The notes below the pieces were generated by a model. That model was not told the origin of the DNA. It ran no database searches and worked only from the letters and a program-made list of their open reading frames with translations. The position numbers were made by a program, and so were the translations under genes. Shown piece after piece: positions 28,387 to 38,500 of a DNA stretch of 64,000 bases (the stretch's first letter is position 1; each line of letters starts with the position of its first letter). This stretch comes from an uncultured Candidatus Saccharibacteria bacterium (GTDB lineage: Bacteria > Patescibacteriota > Doudnabacteria > UBA920), in the NCBI GenBank assembly GCA_964473815.1, contig CAYYQK010000004.1:4493-68492 (forward strand), in the 5' to 3' direction.

Positions 28387-28934
28387 TTCTTTATAAAGAA
28401 TTCTGAAGAAATTAAAGTAGTAGTTTTGTTCTTATCACCAACTTTTACGGAAATATTTTGGGTATGGGTAACAAAAGGCATGTGCTCAGCTGCTTGCATA
28501 AATTGAATCGCATTACCAAAATTACCATCTAAAGTTAGAGTGTATGGGACAGTGTATAGTTCTGAAGCGGTATTAGGAACCCGCAGGGCTGTTTTTTGAG
28601 TCCCGGTTACCGACAACTTCATTTCTAAGCCATAGCGCTGCGCTGCATCTTCCATTTGTTGTATTTCTTTTACAACTTTAGTATCGCTGCTAAATAAATC
28701 CTCTGGTGGATACGCAGAATCTTTTAAATTTGCCAAATCTTTCTTCCCTTGTTCAAAACTGCGCTGTTCACGCTGCAAAACTTCTAGTTGTTTATGTTGT
28801 TCGGCGGCTCCATCTGCTAAAGTCTGATTCTTATCGCCCAAAATTTTATAACCAAATGTGAACATCAAAACCGCGAAGATAATAAATCCCACAATGACAA
28901 TAATAATTTTAGTCTTGTTAGTTACTCCGTTCAT
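28383..28934 (-). CDS. pilO: Type IV pilus assembly protein PilO-like.
   Basis: N-terminal TM helix plus a coiled-coil periplasmic domain. Position after pilN with a 4-nt overlap. Confidence 0.55.
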   Translation of the reverse strand: MNGVTNKTKIIIVIVGFIIFAVLMFTFGYKILGDKNQTLADGAAEQHKQLEVLQREQRSFEQGKKDLANLKDSAYPPEDLFSSDTKVVKEIQQMEDAAQRYGLEMKLSVTGTQKTALRVPNTASELYTVPYTLTLDGNFGNAIQFMQAAEHMPFVTHTQNISVKVGDKNKTTTLISSEFFIKK

Positions 28935-29515
28935 TTTTTCTCAGCTTTTGCACCATCCTGACTCAATACACTTGGCACCACATTAAAAGTAAAATTAAAT
29001 GAGACATTTACCGGTTGAGCCACATTTTCCAAAGGGTAGTTAATATTTAGAAAGTGATCTTTATCTGCATTAATATTATTGTATAAATCAATGACCGATT
29101 CACGAGTTGGGCTGTAACCGCGAATCATAATTTCCTGTTTCACTGTATCTGCGGTCAACTGAGTTATTACAACCTGATGAGGTACATCATTTAAAAACGC
29201 AGCTACCACACTAGACCATTCGGGAGTTTGCGATGATAATTTTGCAAAGTCACTAATTTGCGCATTGGCTAACTGAATTTGCTTTTTAACATTGGCGTTT
29301 TCACTTTTATCTACTACTCCTTTAAGCTGCTCAATCTGCAAACTCACCGAGTCCATTGTGTGAGTAATATAAAGCCTAACCCCAAACTGCGCTAACACCC
29401 CCAATAAAAGCAGTACCACGCCCAAAGTCGCAGCTACAGATACACTATAGAGAACTTTTTCGTTCGCCAACTCCAGTTGGCGAGGTGCTGGTAATAAATT
29501 AATCCGCTTAGACAT
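28931..29515 (-). CDS. pilN: Type IV pilus assembly protein PilN.
   Basis: N-terminal INLLP motif followed by a TM helix; 194 aa. Confidence 0.7.
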   Translation of the reverse strand: MSKRINLLPAPRQLELANEKVLYSVSVAATLGVVLLLLGVLAQFGVRLYITHTMDSVSLQIEQLKGVVDKSENANVKKQIQLANAQISDFAKLSSQTPEWSSVVAAFLNDVPHQVVITQLTADTVKQEIMIRGYSPTRESVIDLYNNINADKDHFLNINYPLENVAQPVNVSFNFTFNVVPSVLSQDGAKAEKK

Positions 29516-29522
29516 AATAAAA

Positions 29523-30581
29523 TTAATCCCCTAACCCCCACAATGCTAAGCCAATGGCAGTTGTAAAACTAAGGGCTTCGTATGGTGTTAAGTCTGAATT
29601 TTTTAAATGGGGAACATGCTCTAAAGGATTTGCAATCGTCACCTGCACAGGCGCATACTGTTCAAACAACGGTACCAGAGCCTCTGCCATATGCTTTAAT
29701 TTCGAACCGCCGCCAGTAATTAACACCTGATTAATATGCGTGTCTGAATGTTCATAATGGAATTTCAGTAGGTTTTTGATTTCCGCAGCCAAATCTTCAA
29801 TACTGGAATTCATGACAGTTTTCAAATTAGGATATTCTACAGTGTTGGCAAAACCAATATCACGCTTTAATTTTTCAGCCTTTTCTGGGGTAATTTTCAA
29901 AGCTTCTACAATGCGGTCAGTAAAATTATTGCCCGCAATTGGTACTGTCGAAGTAAATTCTAGAGCCGAATTTTCTACTATTATTAAAGCACTCTTAAAA
30001 GCATCCATATCTACAATTACAACAGGCTCGGCAACAGCATTGGGTACTAAGGCCCGAGTTACACTTTGCGCTTCAGCTTCAATGCCACAAAGCTTTAACC
30101 CAGCTGCTTCAATAATGTGCATGTATGTATCGACATATTCTTTTGGTGAAGCAATAACCAGAACATCCATGGTTTTACCCTTGCGTCGCAAAATTTGCCA
30201 GTCAAAATACACCTGATCAATCGGCAACGGAATATAACTTTCCGCTTCAAACATTACTGCCGTGGCCGCTGATTCATCATCCATATTGGTCATTTCAATG
30301 ACGCGCACAAATGATTTAGATTCCGGCACACTGATAACCACATGCTTAGTAGTAAAGCTTCCATTTTGTGGACTGGCAATAGTAGTTTTAATAAATTCAG
30401 TTAGTTTAGTCTGATCCAAAAAAGTGTCATTGTCGATTAAACCTTTTGATAATGTAGCGTTGGTGTAACCCTGCAAAGTAGTTTGGCCGTTGTGAAGATT
30501 AAACTGCAATGCCTTCACAGCGTGCATGTTAATATGCAAACCAATGTACTGATATTTCTTTTCAAAAAAATTCAATCGCAT
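29523..30581 (-). CDS. pilM: Type IV pilus assembly protein PilM (actin-like ATPase fold).
   Basis: 352 aa. PilM/FtsA-like motifs (VVISVPES, LITGGGSKL). Located between pilC and pilN. Confidence 0.75.
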   Translation of the reverse strand: MRLNFFEKKYQYIGLHINMHAVKALQFNLHNGQTTLQGYTNATLSKGLIDNDTFLDQTKLTEFIKTTIASPQNGSFTTKHVVISVPESKSFVRVIEMTNMDDESAATAVMFEAESYIPLPIDQVYFDWQILRRKGKTMDVLVIASPKEYVDTYMHIIEAAGLKLCGIEAEAQSVTRALVPNAVAEPVVIVDMDAFKSALIIVENSALEFTSTVPIAGNNFTDRIVEALKITPEKAEKLKRDIGFANTVEYPNLKTVMNSSIEDLAAEIKNLLKFHYEHSDTHINQVLITGGGSKLKHMAEALVPLFEQYAPVQVTIANPLEHVPHLKNSDLTPYEALSFTTAIGLALWGLGD

Positions 30582-31792
30582 TACTTAATATTATTACCAA
30601 TATTATAAATCGGGCTGATTAACGCTAACGCTAGAAAACCAACCACTCCACCTATTACTAATAATAGCAAAGGTTCGATAATTGATGACATATTTCTCAT
30701 GGTGTCATCGACTTCGGCTTCAAAGTGAGTGGCTAGTTGCTCTAAAATATCCTCTAAATTTCCGGTCTCTTCTCCAATAGAAAGCATTTGGGTAACGATG
30801 AAAGGAAATAATCGCTCGTGTTCTTGTAAGGCTTGCGTTAACGGTTTACCAAGTTTAACATTTTCGGCAGTGCTAATTAAAACTTCTTTATAATATGAAT
30901 TTTCCATGGCATCGCTAGTTACTTCCAAACCTTGAACTACGGCGATGCCAGACTTCATCAAAGAGCCTAAAATACGGGCAAATCTGGCCATATTAATCTT
31001 TTTTACGATTGGGTTAACGAGTGGCATCCACAGTAAAAACAAATCCAAGAATCGCTGCCCAGCCTTGCTGCGAAAGGCTAAAATTACACCCACTACAAAC
31101 GCTATTAAACCCACAATCACAAGGACCGAATTGCCAGCCATAAAATCTGCAAAATGAATTACCAAAATTGTTATAAATGGCAAGTCAGCATTGAAGTCTT
31201 TAAAAGTTGCAGTTAGGTTTGGCAAAACGAAAATTGACATCAACACCCCAATGATTAACATGGCAGACAAAATGACCGTTGGATAAATCATGGCGCCTTT
31301 GGTTTTAGAACGCAGATCTGCTTCACGCTGCAACTGAATACGCAAATACTCCAAAGCTTTTTCAAGGTTACCAGACATCTCCCCAACTTCCACCATGCTA
31401 ATGAAAATGTGAGAGAAAATTTTTGGATAGTCAGCAATTACTTCGTGCAAACTTTTACCAGCTTCAACATCCCCAGCCATAATAGTGATAACATTTTTGA
31501 ACTTTTTATTGCTGGTTTGCTTGGCAATTATTCTTAAGGCGCGAGGCGCAGATACACCACTCCGCAGCAACAAGTCAAGGTTTTGAATAAAAGCAATTTT
31601 TTCTTTTAGAGGGACTTTACCGAGCCCGCCAAAGATACTCATCATATTCCGAGCTTTCTTTTCTTCCAAGTCCATCGGGATCAATCCCTGTTCTTTGAGT
31701 AAATGCCCGGCCGCCAATAAATTAGCCGCCTCGATTACGCCGGATTGCATCTTGCCGTCTTTTGATGATGCTGAATAATTAAAACTTGCCAT
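30581..31792 (-). CDS. pilC: Type IV pilus inner-membrane platform protein PilC (GspF family).
   Basis: Duplicated T2SSF domains, 3 TM segments, 403 aa. Confidence 0.85.
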   Translation of the reverse strand: MASFNYSASSKDGKMQSGVIEAANLLAAGHLLKEQGLIPMDLEEKKARNMMSIFGGLGKVPLKEKIAFIQNLDLLLRSGVSAPRALRIIAKQTSNKKFKNVITIMAGDVEAGKSLHEVIADYPKIFSHIFISMVEVGEMSGNLEKALEYLRIQLQREADLRSKTKGAMIYPTVILSAMLIIGVLMSIFVLPNLTATFKDFNADLPFITILVIHFADFMAGNSVLVIVGLIAFVVGVILAFRSKAGQRFLDLFLLWMPLVNPIVKKINMARFARILGSLMKSGIAVVQGLEVTSDAMENSYYKEVLISTAENVKLGKPLTQALQEHERLFPFIVTQMLSIGEETGNLEDILEQLATHFEAEVDDTMRNMSSIIEPLLLLVIGGVVGFLALALISPIYNIGNNIK

Positions 31793-31809
31793 TTATTTTT
31801 ATTGATCGA

Positions 31810-33570
31810 CTACTCTTTAGTTACACGCAATATTTCTTCGATTGTAGTGAGCCCTTGCGCTGCCTTAATAAAACCGTCTTCCCACATTGGGATCATGCCT
31901 TCTTTTTCTGCCTGCTCTTGAATTTCCAAAGATGTGGCTCGTTTTACAACCAGCTCCTGAACAGCCGGAGTATTTTCCAATATTTCGTGAATGCCGATAC
32001 GCCCTTTATACCCTGTATTTCCGCACTTTTCACAGCCTTTGCCATGGAAAAATTCCAAATCTTCAATCTTGTTTATAGTTTTTTCTAGAACCTGCTCTTT
32101 GTTGATAGTGGCAATTAATTTTTCAAAATTGAATTGTTTGGACAGAGCTCCCAGTGTTGGTTCATCAACTTTCATCACTTCCTTGCAGTCTGGGCAGATA
32201 ACGCGAACCAAGCGCTGAGCAAGCACAGCATTAATGGTTGACGCAATCAAATACGGTTCGATACCAATGTCAATGATGCGCGGTGGTGCTGCCGCAGCCG
32301 AGTTTGTGTGCAAAGTGGACAGCACAATATGACCAGTCATAGCAGCGTGCATGGCTTCTTCAGCAGTTTCAGCATCACGGATTTCACCAATCATAATGAT
32401 GTTAGGGTCTTGCCGAAGCAGAGCGCGCAAACCCAAAGCAAAAGTTAGGCCAATTTTAGTATTGGTCTGCATTTGGTTTGCGCCAACAATACGGTATTCC
32501 ACCGGATCTTCAATTGTAGAAATATTTACTTGCTTGGTGTTGAGCATGGTTAACACCGCGTACAAAGTTGTGGACTTTCCACTACCAGTTGGACCGGTTA
32601 CGAGCATCATACCGTGCGGCTTGTGAATATTTCTGGTTACTACTTCACCTTGTGATTTTATGAATCCAAGCTGTTCAAAGTTCATGGCCTTGCTGGTTTC
32701 ATCCAACAAACGAATTACCACCTTTTCACCGTCGAACACAGGAATTGTGGAAACACGCAAAGAATATTTGTAGCCGTCTTTTTCGATTTTGTATCGTCCG
32801 TCCTGCGGCAGGCGGTGTTCATCAATTTTTAAATTTGCCAAAACTTTAATGCGCGCCACCAATGCAGCCTGAATGGCTTTTGGCAAAGTCATAGCGTCGT
32901 GCAAAACACCGTCAATACGGTAGCGCACTGAAACTGCGTTTTCTTGAGGTTCGATGTGGATATCAGAGGCTTTTTCAATAACAGCATATTCCAAAAGAGT
33001 GTCGACCACGCGAATAATTGGAATCTCCTGAGCCATTTTTTTAAGCTCGTCGTCGAAACTGTCACCAGGCCCTACTTTGTGCTCATCTGTTTGCCCCTCC
33101 CGAACCATGTGTTTAATTTCCCCTTCCAGATTGGTGTGATATTTAGACAAGCCAAAATCTAAAGAGGTCTTTGCAATGAGGAAAACCTTGATATCTAAGC
33201 CAGTTTTCTTCTTCATGAACTCCTTGGTTTGCAGGTCTGTTGGGTCGACCATGGCTACCGAAAGTTCGTTTTTGGTTTTAGCAAAACTAATAATTTTGTG
33301 CCTGCGGGCAATTGGTTCTGGCACTAAGTTTAAAATTTCTGGGGTGATGTTTTGATCACGCAAATCTACTACGGGAGTGTCGAATTCTTCACTCTTGATT
33401 TTCAATAATTGGTCTTCAGTAAGCGCTTTTTTGTCCAACAGAAAATCCTCCCACTGAAGTTGTGGGGTTTTTGATCGCGCAGTAATCCAATCTTTGTCGA
33501 GCGTTTCAAGAGCAGTAGCGCTAATAATGCGCTTCTTTTTGAGCAGCTGATTCAGTTCAGTTGTAACCAT
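31810..33570 (-). CDS. pilB: Type IV pilus assembly ATPase PilB (GspE family).
   Basis: Walker A VTGPTGSGKSTT, Asp box, His box, tetracysteine CPDC...CEKCGNTG. The start is placed at the MVTTELNQLL Met (33570). The upstream 37 codons in the track ORF look non-coding. Confidence 0.88.
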   Translation of the reverse strand: MVTTELNQLLKKKRIISATALETLDKDWITARSKTPQLQWEDFLLDKKALTEDQLLKIKSEEFDTPVVDLRDQNITPEILNLVPEPIARRHKIISFAKTKNELSVAMVDPTDLQTKEFMKKKTGLDIKVFLIAKTSLDFGLSKYHTNLEGEIKHMVREGQTDEHKVGPGDSFDDELKKMAQEIPIIRVVDTLLEYAVIEKASDIHIEPQENAVSVRYRIDGVLHDAMTLPKAIQAALVARIKVLANLKIDEHRLPQDGRYKIEKDGYKYSLRVSTIPVFDGEKVVIRLLDETSKAMNFEQLGFIKSQGEVVTRNIHKPHGMMLVTGPTGSGKSTTLYAVLTMLNTKQVNISTIEDPVEYRIVGANQMQTNTKIGLTFALGLRALLRQDPNIIMIGEIRDAETAEEAMHAAMTGHIVLSTLHTNSAAAAPPRIIDIGIEPYLIASTINAVLAQRLVRVICPDCKEVMKVDEPTLGALSKQFNFEKLIATINKEQVLEKTINKIEDLEFFHGKGCEKCGNTGYKGRIGIHEILENTPAVQELVVKRATSLEIQEQAEKEGMIPMWEDGFIKAAQGLTTIEEILRVTKE

Positions 33571-33746
33571 TTTGTGTTTGTTTCTGCCAGAAAAGTCGCT
33601 AATTATTTGTGCGCAGACACACTTTGTCTCGTTCAGTCCCCCGGACTGAACTCGCGCGTTCGCCAATGGTCTGCTTAACAAATAATTATCGCCTTTTCAC
33701 CTGAAATAACAAAATAATTATAACATATTTGTATCAGTTTGGACAA

Positions 33747-33780
33747 ATTAAAAGCCCGCCTTGTTAGGTGGGCTTAAAAT
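33747..33780 (-). terminator. Terminator of the secreted-protein gene (AAGCCCGCCTTGTTAGGTGGGCTT).
   Basis: Hairpin plus a T-run on the minus strand, directly after the stop at 33782. Confidence 0.65.
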
Positions 33781-33781
33781 G

Positions 33782-34630
33782 TTATTTATTTTGAGCTTGG
33801 ATCTGTAATTTCACAGTTTGAACGAAATCTATCTTCCACTTTCCATCTTCTTTAATAAACACAATCAGTAAATTCTCAATTTTTTTAGTGGTTAAGTCTC
33901 TTACTTTGTATTTCCAAATACCATATTGGCCGCCTTTATATATTTTGATTGTTCCCTGTCCCACCGGCTGCGAGTTTGAATTGTCCTGACTATCTATATC
34001 TGCTAATACTAATGGGGTTTCCGCAAGCATTTCGATGCTCTTGTTAGACATACTAGAGATACCATCCGAAAATTTTGAGAACCCACTTGAATCCAATGAT
34101 GTGATCAAAGCTTTAATCGCGGTTACATCATTTGGACTAGACATAAAAGTCTTTGGTAAATCAGGAGACTCTTGGATGTACTGCAAAACAATTCCATACT
34201 CTTCTTCTTTGGTTTTCGTTACTGTTTGGGTTGGCAAAATATTTGGTGCTGTAAAAGTACCCTCACCAACTAAACGGCCTTTACCATTTGCGGCGCTATA
34301 AATTTGAATCGAGTAAGTAATGCTTGGGCTAAACCAAAACGCAGTGTCTAAAGAACCGTTCTTAGTTACTCTCCCCTGATACAACTTGCCATCAATACTA
34401 AACGAATATGTTGAACGAGCTGGTTGCAACCATGAAAAGTGATACTGAAGCTTGTTGGTACTCGCATCGTAATTTAAAGGAGTGGCTTCAAATCGAGCCT
34501 GAGCGTTTGAGATAACCAAAGTGGTTTCTCGGTTAAAGTCGTCAGCGCTGGCAATATTGGGAGTCAAAGCGCCTAAAATGGTGGCTACAGCCATTAAGCC
34601 TGCTGTAAGGGCTAGTTTTAGGGTTTTCAT
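33782..34630 (-). CDS. Hypothetical secreted protein (signal peptide).
   Basis: Signal peptide MKTLKLALTAGLMAVATILGA; no recognised domain. Confidence 0.5.
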   Translation of the reverse strand: MKTLKLALTAGLMAVATILGALTPNIASADDFNRETTLVISNAQARFEATPLNYDASTNKLQYHFSWLQPARSTYSFSIDGKLYQGRVTKNGSLDTAFWFSPSITYSIQIYSAANGKGRLVGEGTFTAPNILPTQTVTKTKEEEYGIVLQYIQESPDLPKTFMSSPNDVTAIKALITSLDSSGFSKFSDGISSMSNKSIEMLAETPLVLADIDSQDNSNSQPVGQGTIKIYKGGQYGIWKYKVRDLTTKKIENLLIVFIKEDGKWKIDFVQTVKLQIQAQNK

Positions 34631-34798
34631 AAACTGTGATTAATTGTTAAGATTTAATCGTAAACTAATATACATCGCCACCGCAAGTAGCCGATGAGAA
34701 GCTCCGTGTTAAGGCCGCTGACAATTCAACGATACTTTTTTAACTCAAAGCATTTTGGGTATGGAAGAAAATACCATCAAGTAATCCGAAGTAGCTAT

Positions 34799-35197
34799 TT
34801 ATTTTTTCCAGTAACATAATTTGGTAACGTCATGCGGATAGGTTTCTCCATAATCTTTGCCTGGAATAGGTTCTTCTATCTTATCTCTAGATAAATCTAT
34901 CTGTCTCCATTGTTTATCTTTTTCGTCTTGATCGTTAGGTTTTCTAACATGCTCAAGGATTCTACTTTCAACTGCTCCTATATCACCGAAGTTTTTCTGA
35001 GCATCGATAAGAGAAACTTTATTTGCACCGCCCATATTTGGAAATCTCAAATGAGACACATCGTCTTCCCAAAAAACAAATATCGCATATATCGTCAGAA
35101 CCTGGTGGTTCAGTGAATACTTTGTAGCCACAAGCAGGACATGTGTATAATTTGTTCCTGGTGTTGTTTTTTGGATCTATTAAGGTTCCACGCTCGT
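34799..35197 (-). pseudogene. CPCC-family cysteine-rich protein gene, disrupted by a 1-nt insertion in a T6 homopolymer (plus-strand A6 at 35071-35076) and lacking a canonical start codon.
   Basis: Upstream frame: ..YTCPACGYKVFTEPPGSDDICDICF. Downstream frame: FWEDDVSHLRFPNMGGANKVSLIDAQ.. Joined, these reproduce the conserved CPCCGY...PPGSYDIC.(V/I)CFWEDD core of the CPCC family. No ATG, GTG or TTG lies between the upstream stop and the Cys motif. Confidence 0.45.
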
Positions 35198-35202
35198 ATA
35201 AA

Positions 35203-35556
35203 CTACATTAATTTTGTTAACCAATCATCAAGCTTAACCTCATCAACATTTGATTTAAGTAAGCCAATCAAGGCTTGCCCGTCAGACTTAGAGATTTGAA
35301 GTATATCCCAATCATCTTTTGTGTTAACCATGTATTCCAAACCTTTTGCTATAACATCCATATCTGCTCGATCAATATGAATTATTTCTTTGATGGGTAG
35401 ATAAGGGTATTTAATTTGTAATTTTTTGAAGGCAGGTAAAAGGTCTTCAAATCCACCAGGATTACTTAAATATTTATCATCAGAACAGTTTTCTATAACT
35501 TCAGAGACTGCTGAAAATGTTAATCTATCAATTGTTATTATTTTATCTTCTTCCAT
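35203..35556 (-). CDS. Candidate immunity protein for the RHS C-terminal toxin domain.
   Basis: 117-aa acidic cytoplasmic protein. Its start overlaps the RHS stop by 14 nt (the classical toxin-immunity arrangement). No known family. Confidence 0.45.
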   Translation of the reverse strand: MEEDKIITIDRLTFSAVSEVIENCSDDKYLSNPGGFEDLLPAFKKLQIKYPYLPIKEIIHIDRADMDVIAKGLEYMVNTKDDWDILQISKSDGQALIGLLKSNVDEVKLDDWLTKLM

Positions 35557-38500
35557 ATGTTCTTGTATCTTCCATTAAATTTTTTCTTATATATCTTCCC
35601 ATTGCTTGTGAGGTATTCTTGGGAAACATTGTAGGTTCTCCTACATTGGTATTAATAAACACCTGACCAGTTGTCTTACTACCATAATATTGCTTATTAA
35701 CATCCTTTCCTGTCAAAGGATCAACTCCCTTAATTCTCCCGTAGTAATCGGCGCTTTCCTTGGTCTCCTTGGCGAGGTTAGCTATTCGTTCCTCAGACAT
35801 TCCCGGATATCTCACATACTCATGGTCATTAATTATATGACTTGCTGCCCTAGAGTAACTTCCTTCAACCCCTAGTTCAGGTGAAACTGCGGCAATCCCA
35901 TCAGGCAATAGAGCGTCTGAAAATTCTGGTTGAACTACCGATATTATTAGAGCACCTGTTTGTAAGGACTTATCAGCAAAAGCTCCGCTACCATTCAATG
36001 CATTAGCTCTGGCGTTACTTAATGGCTTACCTTGACTTATATAAGTATTAGGAAGTGTTTCAGTTATATTTGCTGGGGCGTAAGCAGTTTTAATCGAAAA
36101 AGGGTTAAGATCACTTACGGTACTACTCACAAAACTTGATGTGGATAATGTCCAAGCAGTAACTGTACCAGAAACCGAGTCCCAAGCTGATCTGAAACCA
36201 AACAAGCCGGTTGGGTCAATGTTATTGATTGGATTATTAACAACATAAGCATAACTGTTCATGCCCTGGGGGTCAGTCTTATCAAATCCAGCATAAATAA
36301 ACAACGGATCCTGACTAGCAAATCTTCCAATACTTGGATTATAGTATCTAGCTTTTGCATAAACAAGACCTGTATCCACATCTTCTTCGTGTCCTGTGTA
36401 GCCATGCTTGGTATCAATGCTACCAGTTTGACTCAAAACCTTACCAAATGGATCATAAGTAACAGCTTCAGAAACAGTTGTTGCACCACTAATTTCTTTA
36501 ACTGGCGTACCTAAATTGTCGGTAATAGAAGAGTAAATATTAGTGCCAGAAATTGTTCCGATTTGAGTACCTCCCAAGCTAATAGAAACTTCAGGAGTGC
36601 TGCCACGAACCAAATATCCACTCTCTGCCTGCACTTCAGTGCCACTTGGGGTTTGGTATATAAATCGTTGACCAGATTCATCATAGTAAGAATCAATGTT
36701 TGTCGTTCCGCCAACTGTCACGCGAGTCGGCTGGTTTTGCCAGTTCCAAGTCAGAGCCTGATTCGGTGCTGTAATCATATTGCCATTATCATCGTATGTG
36801 TAATTATTAGAACCTACACTTGTCACTGCGTGCGGATTTGTTTTGCCAGCGCCACTATAAGTGTAGGCTGCTCCGTTCATTGATGTAATATTACCAATTG
36901 CATCATAAGAATAACTATAGGTGGTCGGACTACCTGTAGTAGGTGTGTAAACTGATTGGGTTAACCGATTTAAATCATCATAGGTGTAAGCCTTGGTCAA
37001 ACCAGGCTCTGCGATTTGAGTAATGTTATTTACACTATCATAAGTGTAATCATAACTCTGCAGAGTTGTGCTTCCGGAAACAGCAGACATCGCAGACTCT
37101 CGATACATCTTATTTGCATCATATGTATGGGTAATAGTTGGTCCGCCTGAAATACTAATACTTGTTGGTTTTTCTTGATGGTCAAATACTGTTGTGGCGT
37201 ACAACGCTTCAGTCCCTCCTGGTGTTGTTGTATACACGGTCGATGGCAGTCCCCAATCTCCAAACGCATAGCGAACACCAGCACCATTTTGATAAGTAGT
37301 TTTCTTAGTTTGGTCTGCTATGTTATAGGTATACGAAGTAGTATAAGAATTCCCTAACGTAGTCAGTGTAGTACTAGTTGGTACTCCAGAAATACCATAG
37401 GAGTAAGTTTTGCTTAAAGAGACGCTATTCGGCAAAGTTCCAGAAACACTACATACCTGACCCTTGCCGTTAGTACAATTATCATAAACGAAAGTATAAT
37501 CAGTCCCGGCAGTGCCAGACCCGTCGATTGTGCTAACCCGGTCTAATTGGTCATATGTTCTAGTATCATTTGCTCCATTAGGCTTTGTTTCTACTAGCCT
37601 GTTTCCATTTGCATCATAAGTCCAGGAGGTAGATCCAAAACTAGAATCACCAGAAGCATGCAAGTCCTCTGAATTAGTAATCCAACCAGCATTGTTATAA
37701 GCAAATGAACGAACGTTTCCCAATGCATCAGTTAAACCAGTCAACAAATTTCTATTATCATATACATAATTGGTAGTATATTGGCTACTATTATTATATT
37801 CTTTTACTTTGACGATATTACCATAAGCATCGCTTGAGACTTTTTTCTGATGATTATTTGCATCAGTTGTAGTTGTTTCTACCCCCGCATAACTCATGCT
37901 AGTTGTACCAATGCTATTGGCCACAGAAGTTGGTCGATCCAAAACATCATAACTAGTAGTTGTATACAAGGTAGATGGAACCGTGGCGGTGAACATATTA
38001 CTCTCGTTTGTATCCCCAGTTCCATAAGGCACGCTCAGTTTTGAAATTCTTCCTAAGGCATCATAAATCTTGGCAGACTTTAAATAATATTTACCGTCAC
38101 TCAAACGCTTGGTCGCAAGCCGCACCGGTTGACCGAAATTATCTAAAATTTCTACTGAGTTTAATGTATTACCACTATCGACAAACTTAAAATGCTCTAT
38201 TCCATAACCACTATCTCCAAAGTTAGCTATATACTGCCTGTCCACTTGAGTACCCCCTGTATTCTGGGTTGTTGTGGTATACAAATTTCCCAAAGCAGTG
38301 TACCCGAAACTCGTAGTACGCCCATTCGGATCGATAACAGTATTTGGCATCCAAACAACATAGGTGTGTGTTGTGGTTTGGTTTAAAGCATTGGTTTCCG
38401 TTGCAACATAAGATTTTGTGGCGTCATAAGTGTAGGTGGTTGTTGCCAAACGTGGATTTGTGACCGTTAGAACATTTCCATATGAATCATAAGTGTACGT

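Noticed and set aside
31810-33681. Full 623-aa extent of the pilB track ORF.
   Set aside because: The first 37 codons (MLSRPLANARVQSGGLNETKCVCAQ...) have atypical composition and precede a well-placed Met (MVTTELNQLL). pilB was therefore shortened to start at 33570.
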